In this document: one piece after another, positions 61,253-64,000 of the stretch
How positions within the stretch are numbered: position 1 is the stretch's first letter
Layout of the letters: each line of letters starts with the position of its first letter
IMG/VR virus record: IMGVR_UViG_3300009182_000050
Location: 1-64,000 of that record
DNA: 64,000 nt
Direction: 5' to 3' (one strand)
Origin: a virus
Program-made: the position numbers and the translations under genes
Notes under the pieces: generated by a model
Seen by the model: the letters and a program-made list of their open reading frames with translations, nothing else
Told to the model about the DNA's origin: nothing
Database searches by the model: none

Positions 61253-61486
61253 ATGAAGTGGAAAACAGTACGAAGCGTAGTAGACAACAAGGTACGCGGT
61301 TATGACAGCGTGGACTTAGTTGATGGTCGCTCAATCTCAATCAGTCGGTGGAACACCAAGTTGTACCCAGATTGCTGGTCGGTTCATCACCCACGCATTG
61401 AGGCGCACAAATTGGACAACAATCGGGCTTTCTTTAGCACTCTTGCTAAGGCAAAAGAGTTCGCAGAAACTCTCGTCCGGTCCTAG
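61253..61486 (+). CDS. Hypothetical early protein
   Basis: AAGGAG SD. Confidence 0.7.
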   Translation: MKWKTVRSVVDNKVRGYDSVDLVDGRSISISRWNTKLYPDCWSVHHPRIEAHKLDNNRAFFSTLAKAKEFAETLVRS

Positions 61487-61577
61487 AAAAATAAATACCA
61501 AATAGACTTGACACGGCTCTATGATACGATTAGTATCGTAGATGTAAGACAAACACACAAACAAAAGGGAGAAAGAA

Positions 61578-61751
61578 ATGACAAACACAATCACAATCAA
61601 GTTTGCGGCAGACCGGGTTCTGACTCAACAAGAGATTGACAATCTTGCTAACGCTCTTTACGCACAGGTACAAGAGCCAGCAGATGAGTTCGGTGATGAT
61701 GAAACTTACACCACCAGCGACATCGAGATTGACTTAGAGGTGGAGGCATAA
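61578..61751 (+). CDS. Small acidic protein (not in ORF track)
   Basis: Promoter 61508, AAGGGAG SD. Confidence 0.7.
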   Translation: MTNTITIKFAADRVLTQQEIDNLANALYAQVQEPADEFGDDETYTTSDIEIDLEVEA

Positions 61752-61912
61752 TGAGTCGTGACTTGATAGTAAAAGGAAATGGTGCTTGTTGCGCCAACTG
61801 CGGCAAGTCTAAAGTTAGTCCGTTTGTTCTACTTGGCTACAAGGTTTGGGCTTGCGACTCAACTTGCGGTAGAGATGCGGTACACAAAACAATCTACGGA
61901 GCGAGAGTGTGA
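61751..61912 (+). CDS. Small zinc-finger protein (not in ORF track)
   Basis: CANC...CDSTC; GGAGG SD. Confidence 0.6.
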   Translation: MSRDLIVKGNGACCANCGKSKVSPFVLLGYKVWACDSTCGRDAVHKTIYGARV

Positions 61913-62112
61913 TGAACAAAATTGAGATACCGGTCGGCACGACTTGCGAAAGTTGTGACGAGGTAGATGCCACAGTTGTAGATGACCATAGCGGTTGGCT
62001 ATTAGCATCTTTTTACTGCGCGGATTGCGTGGAAAAAAGGCAAGATGCTTATGACCCAACACCTAGTTCGTATAGCATCATTGTTGAGAACGAATACGGA
62101 AGGGTGTTCTAA
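61912..62112 (+). CDS. Small zinc-finger protein
   Basis: CESC...CADC. Confidence 0.65.
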   Translation: MNKIEIPVGTTCESCDEVDATVVDDHSGWLLASFYCADCVEKRQDAYDPTPSSYSIIVENEYGRVF

Positions 62113-62210
62113 TGAGGTGTCCTAAATGCGGTACTGAGCCGCACACGCCGGTACAAATACAACGCAAGGGCATGTGCCGCTGGTGCGAAGAAGAGGTAGC
62201 AGCGAAATGA
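62112..62210 (+). CDS. Micro zinc-finger protein (not in ORF track)
   Basis: CPKC...CRWC; overlaps both neighbours. Confidence 0.5.
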   Translation: MRCPKCGTEPHTPVQIQRKGMCRWCEEEVAAK

Positions 62211-62542
62211 GTTGGGAAAAAAATTTTAGTGATGTGCAGCCAGAAGATGTTGGTTCGGTCCTGGTTGCGGCTTCGGAAACAAATAAATACCAGCTCGGCG
62301 TTGATGCGGTAGAACTGGCGATAAAACACGGCTATGACATTGTTCTTGATGTGTGGAATCAAGACAAGCCAACCTTTCTTGCCGGACACGCCACACCTGA
62401 GATGCTTGATGACCTAAGCGTTGTTGTTGATTTCGCAATCCAATACCTTGAGGAAAAGTTGCCAGATGGTTTTTACCTTGATGCGGATACAAAAACAGGA
62501 ATAGTTTTGCGACACGCCGACCACGATTTGACATTGGAATAG
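62207..62542 (+). CDS. Hypothetical early protein
   Basis: GAGG SD, ATGA overlap. Confidence 0.65.
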   Translation: MSWEKNFSDVQPEDVGSVLVAASETNKYQLGVDAVELAIKHGYDIVLDVWNQDKPTFLAGHATPEMLDDLSVVVDFAIQYLEEKLPDGFYLDADTKTGIVLRHADHDLTLE

Positions 62543-62585
62543 AAATAAGCAATAATGGTGTTATCACAAAGGGAGAGGTGAGAAA

Positions 62586-62732
62586 ATGAACACAGTTTCA
62601 TGCACTAAGTGCGCTAAAGAGATTGACCGTTTAGAGGTCTTTCCGAAGGGCGTATGCCTAGACTGTCACGCAGAAACCTTCGTAATGCCAACAGCAGACG
62701 AATTGGTTGCTATGTGGGGTGGCAAGGCGTAA
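62586..62732 (+). CDS. Small zinc-finger protein (not in ORF track)
   Basis: CTKC...EVFPKGVCLDCH...MWGG. Confidence 0.7.
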   Translation: MNTVSCTKCAKEIDRLEVFPKGVCLDCHAETFVMPTADELVAMWGGKA

Positions 62733-62813
62733 TTAAGATGTTGGGGGTGGGGCGAAAGTCTCACCCCCTACAAAAAAACCAAAATGACAAAATGACAAAA
62801 GGAGAAATGCCAG

Positions 62814-63224
62814 ATGGCAAATTACTACGGCGTTACACGCAGCAATTATTTTGCGGTGAAGAATGAAGAAGAGTTCCGTGCGGAGATTGCGAATCTTCCG
62901 GTGGAGCTGATTGAGGCAAAAGAAGAAGGAAAAAAAGTTTTCGGATTCATTGACTCAGACTCAGATGGCGGCGGAGACATCTTCTCTCGCTGGAATGAAG
63001 AGACAGAAACACACGAAGAGGTTGATTGGGAGGCGTTCTTCCAAAAGCATCTCGCAGATGATTGGGTTGCCATCATTGTTTCTTCTGGCGCAGAAAAGCA
63101 CCGATACATAAATGGTTTTGCGGTTGCTTACAACAACAAGGGCGAGAGTCGTTCGGTTGGTGTTGAGGACATCTACAGACTTTCTGAAGATTTAGGTTCT
63201 CGCCGGACTCACGCAAGTTATTAA
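62814..63224 (+). CDS. Hypothetical early protein
   Basis: MANYY..TRSNYF.VK...GAEK.RY. Confidence 0.75.
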   Translation: MANYYGVTRSNYFAVKNEEEFRAEIANLPVELIEAKEEGKKVFGFIDSDSDGGGDIFSRWNEETETHEEVDWEAFFQKHLADDWVAIIVSSGAEKHRYINGFAVAYNNKGESRSVGVEDIYRLSEDLGSRRTHASY

Positions 63225-63311
63225 AAAATAATAATTCAGGAGGGGTGGACTTGACAGTCTGCCCCTTCTGGGTTTATCATAGAGGTATCAGCTCAAACAA
63301 AGGAGAAAACA

Positions 63312-63656
63312 ATGAGCAAGCAAGGGACAGCACTAATTTTAACCTCGATGATGCGGTCAGAAGAAAAGACATTCACCATTGGTGATTCATACCAGATGAT
63401 ACGAGATGCCGTTGATGGGTACATTGAGTGCGTACATCTACCATCTATTGGCGTTGACATGTGGTGTAACGAAGAAGGAAAACTTATCGGTCTTCCACAA
63501 AATGATTTCGCATCTTTATTCTTCCAAAAAGAATACGGCGTATTTGATTCCGTGCGTGGAGATGTTATCTTCACTGGTGGAGTAGACAAAGAAGGCGAAA
63601 CTCTTGGGCTTACGGACACACAACTTGATGAACTAAAGAAACGGTTGGGGGTGTAA
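63312..63656 (+). CDS. DUF3846-family protein
   Basis: AVDGYIE, CNEEGK..GLP.N and GDVIFTG motifs. Confidence 0.85.
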   Translation: MSKQGTALILTSMMRSEEKTFTIGDSYQMIRDAVDGYIECVHLPSIGVDMWCNEEGKLIGLPQNDFASLFFQKEYGVFDSVRGDVIFTGGVDKEGETLGLTDTQLDELKKRLGV

Positions 63657-63910
63657 TGATGAGGGACATTGAGCTCCGCCTGAGCGCGGAAAAAAAGTCA
63701 TCTAGATGGGAACTCCAGGTGTATGACCCCAATGTCGCGCATCAGATTGGGCAGCAGGAAAAAAAGTTTGATAGTGTCGGCCACGCGGAAGTTTGGCTGG
63801 AAGTTTTCTCCAGCAGCAGCATTAAAGTTATGGACCTTGGAGCATCTACCGTTCTTCGTGCGCTTGCTCCGGCTGAAGACTTCAACCTTGAGAAAATACT
63901 TGCTGGATAA
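63656..63910 (+). CDS. Hypothetical early protein
   Basis: TAATG overlap. Confidence 0.55.
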   Translation: MMRDIELRLSAEKKSSRWELQVYDPNVAHQIGQQEKKFDSVGHAEVWLEVFSSSSIKVMDLGASTVLRALAPAEDFNLEKILAG

Positions 63911-64000
63911 ACTTGACACAAGCATCATAGAGGCGTATTATTTACTTATCGCAACAAGGCGATACTGAAGGGAGACTCACATGAGTGAGATTCAGACTGC

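Larger units (their letters stand above)
51726..63941 (+). promoter_or_regulatory. Array of about 15 near-consensus early promoters with shared TGTAAG(AC) +1 region and ACACC(T)AC..AAGGGAGA leader/SD
   Basis: -35 elements at 51726, 52553, 52632, 53107, 54786, 56756, 57766, 58240, 58764, 60289, 61508, 62528, 63251 and 63913, mostly 17 nt from a TANNNT -10; a further -10 at 61218. Confidence 0.8.

Overview
This is a 64-kb segment of a large, apparently lytic tailed phage of Actinomycetota. The host call rests on two WhiB genes, a ClgR-like regulator, DUF3039, leaderless genes and DnaA boxes; the AT-rich composition fits a low-GC, e.g. freshwater, actinobacterium. Left to right it holds: collagen-like and glycine-rich fibre genes followed by a glycosyltransferase/deoxysugar-methylation cassette (1-12.3 kb); a replication/recombination module with PolA, RuvC-like, SNF2, Cas4-like, AAA, SSB, two WhiB, Mre11-like and primase-helicase genes (12.4-27.7 kb); lysins, large terminase, a Cys-repeat exported protein, a serine resolvase, dCMP deaminase and class II RNR (27.8-46.3 kb, mostly minus strand); an origin-like divergence point (46.3-46.7 kb); holin and a small-terminase-like gene; and an early/host-takeover-type region of small genes behind about 18 near-consensus promoters (49.8-64 kb). 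The most interesting signals are non-coding and lie in the early region: (1) a promoter-driven structured RNA with two co-varying H-type pseudoknots; (2) a hairpin whose loop is antisense to the RBS of a gene 23 kb away; (3) a multibranch leader RNA; (4) WhiA-type GACAC boxes helically phased to the -35 elements; and (5) a strand-biased array of GG-A7 and ACGGC motifs written over coding and non-coding DNA. All family assignments are by eye from motifs; no database search was run.
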